From an uncultured virus (IMG/VR IMGVR_UViG_3300021185_003430) (taxonomy: Duplodnaviria > Heunggongvirae > Uroviricota > Caudoviricetes): 64,000 nt of DNA. Under the pieces are notes generated by a model that worked only from the letters and a program-made list of their open reading frames with translations, made no database searches and was not told where the DNA came from. This document shows, in pieces, positions 48,902 to 57,235 of the stretch; positions within the stretch are counted from its first letter, which is position 1; every line of letters begins with the position of its first letter. A program made the position numbers and the translations under genes. The stretch lies in IMG/VR virus record IMGVR_UViG_3300021185_003430, one strand, 5' to 3'.

Positions 48902-49535
48902 ATTGATTAGCCTCTTCTAATGCTTCCTGGACTTCTTTTATTTGGTCATCTCTAATTTTACCAAACTCTCTGTGATTAATTTTAAAACAAATGGGAATGC
49001 CGTTCTCTTTTGCCATCTTAGCTGCATATGCTATATGACCAACATTCCATTCAAATATTAAAAAATGCCAATTTCCGTGACCGCCATTTTCAAACCAGGT
49101 TTGCATATTTGTAAATGCACGTTCAAAGTCAACCCCTTCACGATACATCCAGTTTGTATTATGGTCTGTACCGTCTATTGCCCACTCTATATTTAGATCA
49201 TCATATACACGTGCATGTATCTTATACCATTTGGGTTGTCTCAAACCTCCATTAGTATTAATATTAATTTTTGTTGCTTGCTTGAACCCTCTGTCTACAA
49301 ACCTCGAAATATCAGGATGCATCATAGGATCTCCCAATTCTCCACAAAACTCTAATTTATGGAGGGTTACGTCTCTACTATTATTCAACATGAGATCGAA
49401 ATCTTCGTAAGTCATATGTGCAGGCTTAAGCCAACTTGCAGTTGCACCAGTACGCTCGTTTGTTCGCATACAGGATCTACATTTGGCCTGGCAATAGGTT
49501 GTGATTGCAAAATCTAAACTATGTTTGTATATCAT
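48888..49535 (-). CDS. Radical SAM core lacking a SPASM domain
   Basis: CQAKCRSC; GELGDP; TNGGLR; IDG; FEWN. Confidence 0.85.
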   Translation of the reverse strand: MIYKHSLDFAITTYCQAKCRSCMRTNERTGATASWLKPAHMTYEDFDLMLNNSRDVTLHKLEFCGELGDPMMHPDISRFVDRGFKQATKININTNGGLRQPKWYKIHARVYDDLNIEWAIDGTDHNTNWMYREGVDFERAFTNMQTWFENGGHGNWHFLIFEWNVGHIAYAAKMAKENGIPICFKINHREFGKIRDDQIKEVQEALEEANQYVEM

Positions 49536-49540
49536 AATTA

Positions 49541-49547
49541 TATTTAG
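49541..49547 (-). promoter_or_regulatory. Late-type promoter motif
   Basis: CTAAATA on the minus strand, 5 nt before ATG 49535. Confidence 0.45.
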
Positions 49548-49549
49548 TG

Positions 49550-50788
49550 TTATCGTCCACCTTGTGATCTATTCACATAGCTCATTAAGGTATTATAATC
49601 TATTTCGCCAAGTATTACATCTACAATTACTTCATGCTTTTCAAACTCTGCTGGATTATTACGCAACACTTTTACTTTCATAACATCTCCAGGTCTGCTA
49701 TAAATTACTGCCTTTAGTAAAGAGAACGAACTGTAAACACGTTCCTCATTAATTTCCATGATAATATCGCCTTGCATTATGCCCGCTTCAATACCTGCAT
49801 AATCTATTAATTCCTGGCCAATTGTATAGTCTGCGTAAACATAGTAGCGATCTTCTCTCGGTATATCTTTAATATCTTCAAACGTAAAACTGTTAACAGG
49901 AAATGGGTACTCACTGTAAGGCACATATCCCTCTTCTTGATAAGCATCAGTATAAAAATATTTCATTACTAATTCTGCATGTCTAGCGTGTACTGCTAAT
50001 CCTACACCGTCCCAACCTGGAACACTTCTACCAGGGCTGTAAATACTTTGTGCAACACCAATTACTTTTCCATCCATCGAAAATACTGGGCCGCCACTAT
50101 TGCCTTGGTTAATTACTGCATCTACTTGTATCATAAGATTATAAGGGCGTCCACTGCGACCATCATATACAACTTGTCCAGCAGTACTACTCCATGCTAA
50201 TCCCATTCCGTGTCCAATAACAACCACAGGATCGCCTTCTCGTATATCTTTTGGATCAGCAAATTCTAAAGGCGTAAATTTTTCATCTTCTAGTTTTACA
50301 ATACGTAATAATGCAATATCTGCTACAGGATCGTATCCTATAATTTCAACATCATACGGCCACCTTTCCAAGGGGGCTTGTACTTGTAAATTGTATCCTG
50401 TTGGATTGTTAACATAAGATTCTATTACATGATAATTTGTAATAATTGTTGCATCAGTTTCTGTTTCAGACACGAAAAAACCTGTGCCTCGCCCGCCCAT
50501 TGTTTGCTGGCCTGTCTTTGGTGCTACATTTACCAATACAACACTTTTAAAGTTTTCATTTATTACATGTTTAATACGTGCTTCTTTATCAAAACCAGCT
50601 ACGTTAAAAATTGTCTTGTTCCATGCGTATATTTTATCTGCAAGATCAGGATTACTTCCATATAGTGTGACAAGGTGTCCACTAACATATTCTTGTATAT
50701 TTCTCATATAACTTGCTGCAACAATACTGCTCATAACAGTTATAATAAAAAATAAAAAAGCAAGTATTACCTTGGTAATTTTACGCAT
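49550..50788 (-). CDS. htrA: HtrA/DegP-family serine protease with PDZ domain and N-terminal membrane anchor
   Basis: GTGF, TNYHV, DIALL, DAVINQGNSGGP, C-terminal PDZ. Confidence 0.9.
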   Translation of the reverse strand: MRKITKVILAFLFFIITVMSSIVAASYMRNIQEYVSGHLVTLYGSNPDLADKIYAWNKTIFNVAGFDKEARIKHVINENFKSVVLVNVAPKTGQQTMGGRGTGFFVSETETDATIITNYHVIESYVNNPTGYNLQVQAPLERWPYDVEIIGYDPVADIALLRIVKLEDEKFTPLEFADPKDIREGDPVVVIGHGMGLAWSSTAGQVVYDGRSGRPYNLMIQVDAVINQGNSGGPVFSMDGKVIGVAQSIYSPGRSVPGWDGVGLAVHARHAELVMKYFYTDAYQEEGYVPYSEYPFPVNSFTFEDIKDIPREDRYYVYADYTIGQELIDYAGIEAGIMQGDIIMEINEERVYSSFSLLKAVIYSRPGDVMKVKVLRNNPAEFEKHEVIVDVILGEIDYNTLMSYVNRSQGGR

Positions 50789-50810
50789 AGTTCTTCTCCA
50801 AATTCACTAG

Positions 50811-50817
50811 TATTTAG
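50811..50817 (-). promoter_or_regulatory. Late-type promoter motif
   Basis: CTAAATA(CT) on the minus strand, upstream of the GGAG RBS of htrA. Confidence 0.45.
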
Positions 50818-50833
50818 TTGGAGAAATGGCATA

Positions 50834-51832
50834 TTAACCAAGCCCACAACGCTCCTGACATACAGCAAGACATTCTCTGTCTATATTATCAGGCAGTATT
50901 TCTTTATAAAATATATCTTCCATGATCTCCTTAAAGCTTCTATCTTTTAAGTTTATTTTGTCTTTAGGATGATCTAGTTTGCCTTCCCCAAATGGGCTGA
51001 TTCTTTCTGGTACAGTTTTAACTTCAGTTGAGTAGATATAACTACATGGCCAAAGGTTACCTTCCCAATCAATTTGAATCTGTCTTTCTCTATATGCAGT
51101 ACATTTATGGTCGATCCAACCAAAGTCGTTTACAATAGGATATTTCTCTTCAACAATTTTAACAAGCTCTTCTCTAATCTCATCAATATTGTCTGTTCCT
51201 ATTTCATACGCTTCTTTGTCTGTTAAAACTTCCATATCTTCACCTGGAATACAACTGCCACGTAATTCCCAATATGAGAAGCCTAGCTCTATTGCTTTTT
51301 TTCTAGCTATTTCTATTTGGTGTAGGTTATGGTCAAATGCTGTAAAAGTCCAACTAGCTCTGCCGCCAGCTTTTATAAAGGCTTTTATATTTCGTATAAC
51401 TAATTCAAATTTTGTATTTCTTCTATGTAGATGATGTGTATCTTCTAAACCATCAATTGCAAAGTTAATTCTATGATTTCTTTTGCTTAACATAGATCCA
51501 AGTTCTGACCAGAACTTTTCATTTCTTGCTCCACCGTTGGAGTTAATTAATATCTCTGTTTTTGGATGTGCTAACATTGCTTCTTTAACAAAGTCTAATG
51601 CCTTGGGATGCATTATCATGTCGCCCACCGCACCATCAAATAATATTTCTTGTAAGTCTAAAATTTTCGTATCAACAAGTATTTTTTTCCATAGATCTAG
51701 ATCCATATGTTTTAAATCTAGCTCATCTATAGTTTTACCACCCATATGATTGCGTTGGCACCCAGGGCATGCCGCATTACAATAACTTGTAATTTCAACT
51801 TTAATATTATGTGTATTGCCCAACCAATCCAT
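50834..51832 (-). CDS. Radical SAM protein with C-terminal SPASM/twitch domain
   Basis: CNAACPGC; GAVGDM; QIDWEGNLWPC..CQERC; start 51832 by TAATG overlap (51868 also possible). Confidence 0.9.
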   Translation of the reverse strand: MDWLGNTHNIKVEITSYCNAACPGCQRNHMGGKTIDELDLKHMDLDLWKKILVDTKILDLQEILFDGAVGDMIMHPKALDFVKEAMLAHPKTEILINSNGGARNEKFWSELGSMLSKRNHRINFAIDGLEDTHHLHRRNTKFELVIRNIKAFIKAGGRASWTFTAFDHNLHQIEIARKKAIELGFSYWELRGSCIPGEDMEVLTDKEAYEIGTDNIDEIREELVKIVEEKYPIVNDFGWIDHKCTAYRERQIQIDWEGNLWPCSYIYSTEVKTVPERISPFGEGKLDHPKDKINLKDRSFKEIMEDIFYKEILPDNIDRECLAVCQERCGLG

Positions 51833-52548
51833 TAGTCTATTGATCTCAATTCTACTCTTTTTTGCCAAATATTATAAATTCTATTTCCGTTAGGCAAGTC
51901 CATATCTTCATCATGATCCCATCCTTGTTCTAGAATGTCACAATGTAGTTTCTCTGCCCATACATCCAGTAAGTCTTGAGTCCAAGGAAAAAAGTCTACC
52001 CATCTGGCATGTTCATTATTATGCATAAGTCCAGGATTACATCTCCAATAAATTTTACCTCCTGGTTTTACCATTTTTACAACTTTTTGTATTTGTCCTG
52101 TTATTGTATTTTCATCTCCAAAGTTAATACTGCCCAAACACAAAACTACGTCCCATTGTCCAATATCTTTCTTTAAATTTTCTACACTTACTGCTGCATC
52201 TGCATTTGGATTAAAAGGATCAATACCAAATACATTATCTCCAACTAGTTTTTTTACATCGTTATTACCACAACCTATATCTAGGATTTTTGCTTCGTCC
52301 ATTTCTTTTAGTTCATCTATTAAACGTTTTCCTGTGCGTCGAGTTTCAAAGGTTTCTTCATTAGACCAAAAACCCTCGCCACCACTAAAGTATTCTGACA
52401 AAACACACTCATCTATCCAGTAACTCATACGTAATAGAGCGTCCATCATAATTGGATATTCTTGTTTTTTTTCTAATACATTTATTCCATAACGCATTTC
52501 AATAAATTTTGCTAAATCAGGTAAGATTTTAGCATTTATTCTAATCAT
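51832..52548 (-). CDS. Class I SAM-dependent methyltransferase
   Basis: ILDIGCG, GIDP, DVVLCLGSINF, VKPGG. Confidence 0.8.
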   Translation of the reverse strand: MIRINAKILPDLAKFIEMRYGINVLEKKQEYPIMMDALLRMSYWIDECVLSEYFSGGEGFWSNEETFETRRTGKRLIDELKEMDEAKILDIGCGNNDVKKLVGDNVFGIDPFNPNADAAVSVENLKKDIGQWDVVLCLGSINFGDENTITGQIQKVVKMVKPGGKIYWRCNPGLMHNNEHARWVDFFPWTQDLLDVWAEKLHCDILEQGWDHDEDMDLPNGNRIYNIWQKRVELRSID

Positions 52549-52557
52549 TATTATCTC

Positions 52558-53454
52558 CTATACTGCCATTTCCGCTTTAATGCTTGGCATAGGGTTATAC
52601 CCTAACAGCTCATAATTGCTTGTACTTGTATTTAACACTTCTTCCAAACTGTCAAATCTGGGCATTACGAGGAAGGGTATTTTTTCGTGTGGTTGACGTT
52701 GTAATTGCTGAGTAACTTGTGACATATGATTTTGATATATATGACAATCTCCTCCAGTCCATATAAAATTTCCTACTTTTAGATTGCATATTTGTGCAAG
52801 CATGTGTGTTAACAGGCTATAGCTTGCAATGTTAAAAGGCACGCCTAGAAACATGTCTGCGCTTCTCTGATAGAGCTGACAGCTCAGTGTGCCGTTCATT
52901 ACCCTAAACTGTGCTAGTGTATGACAAGGAGGCAATGCCATTTTATCAAGTTGATTAGGGTTCCAAGCACTTAGTATAATACGTCGACTATCTGGATTAG
53001 TTTTAATCTCATTAATAATCCAGCTAATCTGGTCTGTACCTTGGAGATGCGGTGTACCAACCCAATACTCTCCGTCAAAGTTGCGCCATTGATGTCCGTA
53101 TACTGGTCCAAGACGTTTGTAATCATCATCGTCATTTTTTACATAACCCAAGTCTTTTGCTTGTTTGTTGGCATTGGCAGTCCAGATGGTATTCTTATCC
53201 GACAGTTCTTCTCGATCTTTCTCAAACGTGATCTCTGCTAATCGTCTCTCATCAGTGCTGCCCTCTAAAAACCATAGTAGTTCTCCCACTACGCTACGCC
53301 AGGCTAGTTTTTTAGTTGTTACCGCTGGAAAACCTTGTTGTAGATTAAAACGCATTTGATAACCAAATACACTTTTAGTACCTACTCCTGTTCTATCTGA
53401 GACATCTTCTCCACTATCTAAAATATATTGTAATGCATCTAAATATTGTTTCAT
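52558..53454 (-). CDS. thyA: Thymidylate synthase
   Basis: DRTGVGT, LPPCH, YQRSADMFLGVPFNIASY. Confidence 0.97.
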   Translation of the reverse strand: MKQYLDALQYILDSGEDVSDRTGVGTKSVFGYQMRFNLQQGFPAVTTKKLAWRSVVGELLWFLEGSTDERRLAEITFEKDREELSDKNTIWTANANKQAKDLGYVKNDDDDYKRLGPVYGHQWRNFDGEYWVGTPHLQGTDQISWIINEIKTNPDSRRIILSAWNPNQLDKMALPPCHTLAQFRVMNGTLSCQLYQRSADMFLGVPFNIASYSLLTHMLAQICNLKVGNFIWTGGDCHIYQNHMSQVTQQLQRQPHEKIPFLVMPRFDSLEEVLNTSTSNYELLGYNPMPSIKAEMAV

Positions 53455-53957
53455 TTTAATCCTGTACTAAATTTTTCTAGTATTTTTACTGTCATGCCCT
53501 CTGCTGACTCACTTGCTAGTTCTGTATGCGTCCGTAATATATCCTTCAAAGGTATAAACGTATCACATTTGTATTCTTTGTCCATAATAGTTAAGTAAAT
53601 TCTATCTATGTGAGGAATCACTTGCTTTACAATATCAGCACCTCCTATAACCCAAATAGGTCTATTTTCGTCAGCCCTTTCTTGTTCAATACGTAATAAT
53701 TCTTTCAGTATGTCACCAGAAATATATTCATCTGCACCCTCGTTGTCTTCTGGACGTGTTGTCACTACTACATTATATCTAGAAGGCAAAGGACTAGGCA
53801 TAAATGGATCTTGCCATGTCTTGCTTCCCATTATTACTGTACACTGACTAGTATGTCTTTTAAACCAGGCCAAATCCTTAGAATTTTTAGGCCATGGCAA
53901 TGTTCCGTTGCTTGCAATGCCGCCTTTTGCATCACACGCTATAATTAAATTTATCAC
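53451..53957 (-). CDS. folA: Dihydrofolate reductase
   Basis: LPW...DLAWFK, MGSKTW, PLPSR, VIGGA. Confidence 0.93.
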   Translation of the reverse strand: MINLIIACDAKGGIASNGTLPWPKNSKDLAWFKRHTSQCTVIMGSKTWQDPFMPSPLPSRYNVVVTTRPEDNEGADEYISGDILKELLRIEQERADENRPIWVIGGADIVKQVIPHIDRIYLTIMDKEYKCDTFIPLKDILRTHTELASESAEGMTVKILEKFSTGLK

Positions 53958-54663
53958 TTTGTTCTTCCTTAAGGTGTTCCCATGTTTCTTGCCATGTATT
54001 TACCTCAATACATTTCACTTTACTAAAATTACCATTCTCTAATGCTACTTTTAGTGCATAATCATTGCCACCCTCAAACATCGCATCACCAAAGAAGGTT
54101 ATTTCACTTGTCTTTGCAAAGTCTTTAATAATTTGACCTTTATCTGCTCCTTTTGGTGCGATATCTAATCCAGTTTCGCCTCCAATAGTTGCCTGTAAAT
54201 CTGGAAAGAGAGTATTAAATGCGTCTGCAGTTTTTTTCCTACTATTTGTCTTTTTATCGTATTCTATAAATTTTGCTCGTTGCTCTGGAGTACCATTGCG
54301 TCCTAGTACACTATAGTTCACCATTCCAGGACGAGTTTCAATGTGCAATCCAGTCCTTATATGAAAATTTTCTTCATATAAACACTGTAATAAAAATTGT
54401 CTAGCAATATCTGGCAACACCCAATTGCTTGACCGCATTAATGCTTCTTTAATCCAGTATTGACTACCACTACATTGATAAACACCTCTACATCTGTTGT
54501 ATATTACATGTCCAATTTGTTCTATTGTCTTGGGCCTGTCACTGCCAGTAACAATATACACTTTTTCACGTTCACAGAACTTGCTAAACCAAACAGCAAA
54601 TTTTTTATCAATGCCTTTTCTGCTTGGTGTTAGGGTTCCATCAACGTCAAATAAGTATATCAT
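53932..54663 (-). CDS. HAD-IIB phosphomannomutase-like protein
   Basis: FDVDGTLTPSR, VTGSD, ETRPGMVN, GGETGLDI, FFGD..GGNDY; start 54663. Confidence 0.8.
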   Translation of the reverse strand: MIYLFDVDGTLTPSRKGIDKKFAVWFSKFCEREKVYIVTGSDRPKTIEQIGHVIYNRCRGVYQCSGSQYWIKEALMRSSNWVLPDIARQFLLQCLYEENFHIRTGLHIETRPGMVNYSVLGRNGTPEQRAKFIEYDKKTNSRKKTADAFNTLFPDLQATIGGETGLDIAPKGADKGQIIKDFAKTSEITFFGDAMFEGGNDYALKVALENGNFSKVKCIEVNTWQETWEHLKEEQSDKFNYSV

Positions 54664-54941
54664 AAGGCATTCCAAATCAATGTTACTAGGGCAAATGAAT
54701 TCATGGCTGTAAACCAACAACATAGCAGGAATGCTGTGCTTTTTCTTCTCCATGTGCTAAACATTGCACAGATACTGCCTACAAAATACAATGGTATAAA
54801 GATATGTGTGGCAGGATCTAATACAGTAAAACTAAGTGTAGCACTTGCCGCTACTAGAATTACAGTTTCAAATGCTTCTACAACTGTCGCAGTTGGATCA
54901 TTCCTATAACTTGTTTTAAAAAAATTAATAATTTTATTCAT
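54660..54941 (-). CDS. Small membrane protein
   Basis: Three hydrophobic segments; coupled. Confidence 0.65.
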   Translation of the reverse strand: MNKIINFFKTSYRNDPTATVVEAFETVILVAASATLSFTVLDPATHIFIPLYFVGSICAMFSTWRRKSTAFLLCCWFTAMNSFALVTLIWNAL

Positions 54942-55164
54942 TCATATCGTCCCATCTCATTAAGATATTATTTAAGCCAACCTGCATAACACTGTACTCG
55001 TTTAATTCTTCTGTAAATGTTTTAATTTCATTTACTTGTTCTTCAGTAAGTTCGTGTAATTCTATTATATCATAATAGTCCATAATATAGTCTTCTACAG
55101 AGTCAATAATCTCACGCTCAAAAGATTCTTCAAACTTGTGTATTTTATTCCATTCAAATGCCAT
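54934..55164 (-). CDS. Hypothetical acidic protein
   Basis: AAGGA RBS. Confidence 0.6.
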   Translation of the reverse strand: MAFEWNKIHKFEESFEREIIDSVEDYIMDYYDIIELHELTEEQVNEIKTFTEELNEYSVMQVGLNNILMRWDDMNE

Positions 55165-55176
55165 TTTATTTCCTTA

Positions 55177-55485
55177 CTAATGTTTAACTACCATTGCTAC
55201 TGCATATTCTTTTTCGTCTGATACACTTAGGTTCCATATACCTTCTATATCTGTAATAACAATAGGTTGTTTACCTTTTTTTCCGTATGCAAACTTTTTA
55301 GCATTTGTAATGCCGCTTGCTTTGATTGAAGCTTCTTTAACTGCCCAGCATTTGGATATATACTCTGGTGTTAACTCTTTTTGCTTCTCTGATTCTGTTA
55401 AAAACTTATTGGTAAACTTAGTACCATATTTTTCAAATAAATTTTTAATTCTGTTAATAGACACAATATCAACGCCTATGTTCAT
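55177..55485 (-). CDS. acpS: Holo-ACP synthase (4'-phosphopantetheinyl transferase)
   Basis: IGVDIV..RI, WAVKEASIKA, SVSDEKEYAVAMV. Confidence 0.88.
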   Translation of the reverse strand: MNIGVDIVSINRIKNLFEKYGTKFTNKFLTESEKQKELTPEYISKCWAVKEASIKASGITNAKKFAYGKKGKQPIVITDIEGIWNLSVSDEKEYAVAMVVKH

Positions 55486-56033
55486 TTTATATCCTCAATA
55501 TTAATAGGGGTGTAATTGATTTGTTCCACGCTAACATTACGATATGGACCATCTGGACTAGGATTACTGTGTATATGACCATGTACATTTATTGCATCTT
55601 GCCAAATTAAATTTTCAGCACTTGTTTTTCCATCTGCATTTATTGGTCTTGACAATCCTCCTTTGTGTAAAGGTACGTGTGTGGCTAAAATATTAAAGTC
55701 TTTGAAATGATGCCATATCTCTACTGATTGAAACCACTGGTAAGCACATATCATTGGAATATTATCATGGTTACCTGCAATTAAATACTTAAATCCATTT
55801 AACCTTTTCCAATTATTTTCCATCCAACTAACTTTGTTTAATCCAAACACCACATCTCCTAAATGATATACCTTATCTCCAGGCTTAACTACACTATTCC
55901 AGTTATCTATCATATATTCGTTCATTTCATCAACATTTTCAAATCCAGGCCTAGTTAAATTGCCCGCCCAGTCACGAAAATACATCATCTGTTCATGATT
56001 GAAATGAGTGTCACTGATTAACCATATATTCAT
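55482..56033 (-). CDS. Calcineurin-like metallophosphoesterase
   Basis: SDTHFNH, HLGD, GNHD, HGHIH. Confidence 0.9.
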   Translation of the reverse strand: MNIWLISDTHFNHEQMMYFRDWAGNLTRPGFENVDEMNEYMIDNWNSVVKPGDKVYHLGDVVFGLNKVSWMENNWKRLNGFKYLIAGNHDNIPMICAYQWFQSVEIWHHFKDFNILATHVPLHKGGLSRPINADGKTSAENLIWQDAINVHGHIHSNPSPDGPYRNVSVEQINYTPINIEDIK

Positions 56034-56037
56034 ACGA

Positions 56038-56238
56038 TTATTTATTTTCTTTTTTGGTTATAGCCCAGCTACCATCCTTGTTTTCTATCCATTCAAGATC
56101 ATCTCCTTCAGACCAACCAACTTGATCAAGTACATCTTGGGGGAACTCAATATAGAGTTCTTTTGTTTTTCCATTTTCTTGTACAGTTAAAATCCATTTT
56201 TTATCATTTACTCTTTTTGTGTCGTGTATCACCACCAT
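56038..56238 (-). CDS. AbrB/MazE-like small DNA-binding protein
   Basis: IEFPQDVLDQVGWSEGDDLEW. Confidence 0.6.
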   Translation of the reverse strand: MVVIHDTKRVNDKKWILTVQENGKTKELYIEFPQDVLDQVGWSEGDDLEWIENKDGSWAITKKENK

Positions 56239-56600
56239 AAATCTCCGTAATATTTTCCAAAGAGCTCGAACCCTTCTTTCATTTTTTCTTCTGTTTCATC
56301 CATACACTTCTTACATGGTTCTGAGTACAAATCATCACACTGTGATTGGCATGCATCAAAACTATCAAAATGTTTAGATTTTATTTCAAATGCACAAATC
56401 ATTTTATCTAATATTTCGTTCCATTTTTCTTCTGTAAGACTTTCAGGGTATCCTGTGTTTACTTCTTTTAATTGAACAAGACATGGATATATGATATGAG
56501 ATAAAGTTTCATCTAAACTATAACTATCCCAATTGTCAATATGCACATCTATTTGTCTGTCATCTGCATCATCTTTATATGGACCTATAGTAACTTTCAT
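56229..56600 (-). CDS. Hypothetical phage protein
   Basis: W..ILDKMI.AF..GFELFGKYYGDLWW. Confidence 0.65.
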   Translation of the reverse strand: MKVTIGPYKDDADDRQIDVHIDNWDSYSLDETLSHIIYPCLVQLKEVNTGYPESLTEEKWNEILDKMICAFEIKSKHFDSFDACQSQCDDLYSEPCKKCMDETEEKMKEGFELFGKYYGDLWW

Positions 56601-56950
56601 AAACTCATCTCCCTTAAATATCTCGAAACTAATCTTAGGCCATTTTGTATTCTGTCTTCGTATTTCATAAGATCCAACACATTGTCTTTAATTATAAGAT
56701 TATTCTCATTGGCTTGATAGCAAATGTGATTACATGTCCATTCGATTTCAGCCAAGATATAAAACCAACGTTTTTTATCATCTGTAATATCACTAGGTGC
56801 ATCATTTAGATCCATTATTGGAGGAGTAGACCTGTTTTTAGTTTTATACACCAGCACTAAGACCAGATAGCAGACGATAACATCTATATTTTTTAGATCG
56901 TCCTCATCTATTTCAATAGTTCGGTTTTCATTTGAAAATTTATACAGCAT
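56597..56950 (-). CDS. Hypothetical protein, possibly a distant paralog of 56229..56600
   Basis: WFYILAEIEW..RIQNGLRLVSRYL resembles the neighbour's pattern. Confidence 0.55.
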   Translation of the reverse strand: MLYKFSNENRTIEIDEDDLKNIDVIVCYLVLVLVYKTKNRSTPPIMDLNDAPSDITDDKKRWFYILAEIEWTCNHICYQANENNLIIKDNVLDLMKYEDRIQNGLRLVSRYLREMSL

Positions 56951-56955
56951 AACTT

Positions 56956-56984
56956 ATAATACAGCAATTCTTGGATTTAGTCAA
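56956..56984 (-). promoter_or_regulatory. Sigma70-type promoter, possibly giving a leaderless mRNA
   Basis: TTGACT-17bp-TATTAT, 5 nt before ATG 56950. Confidence 0.55.
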
Positions 56985-56986
56985 TA

Positions 56987-57235
56987 TCAATATTTAAAAA
57001 AACCTGCATCTTCATTATCTTTAAATCCAGCAGTATATGAATCTATCTCATATTGTGTCATATCATGTAGTTCAACTCTATCCCCAATATATGTTCCCAA
57101 AGGATACCAGTGAGGATCAAAGTCCCTACGATAGTAACTGTCTGCACCGCCTCTATCATAGGGACTTCCATTCTCTTCTCTATCCAAAAGTTTGTCAGCA
57201 ATATCCAAACCTACTTGTTTGCTAATACTTTTCAT
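56987..57235 (-). CDS. Hypothetical phage protein
   Basis: GSPYDRGGADSYYRR motif; GAGG RBS. Confidence 0.65.
   Translation of the reverse strand: MKSISKQVGLDIADKLLDREENGSPYDRGGADSYYRRDFDPHWYPLGTYIGDRVELHDMTQYEIDSYTAGFKDNEDAGFFKY

Noticed and set aside
31220..51832. Molybdopterin (MoaA) or PQQ (PqqE) biosynthesis
   Set aside because: No moaC/D/E or pqqA-D genes and no MoaA C-terminal GG motif; the similarity is only at superfamily level.
21587..52548. RiPP precursor peptide for the rSAM island
   Set aside because: No short leader-core or repetitive ORF was found. The gap at 44832-44981 has no credible ORF, and 46145..46369 looks like an ordinary small phage protein. A precursor could lie outside the window.
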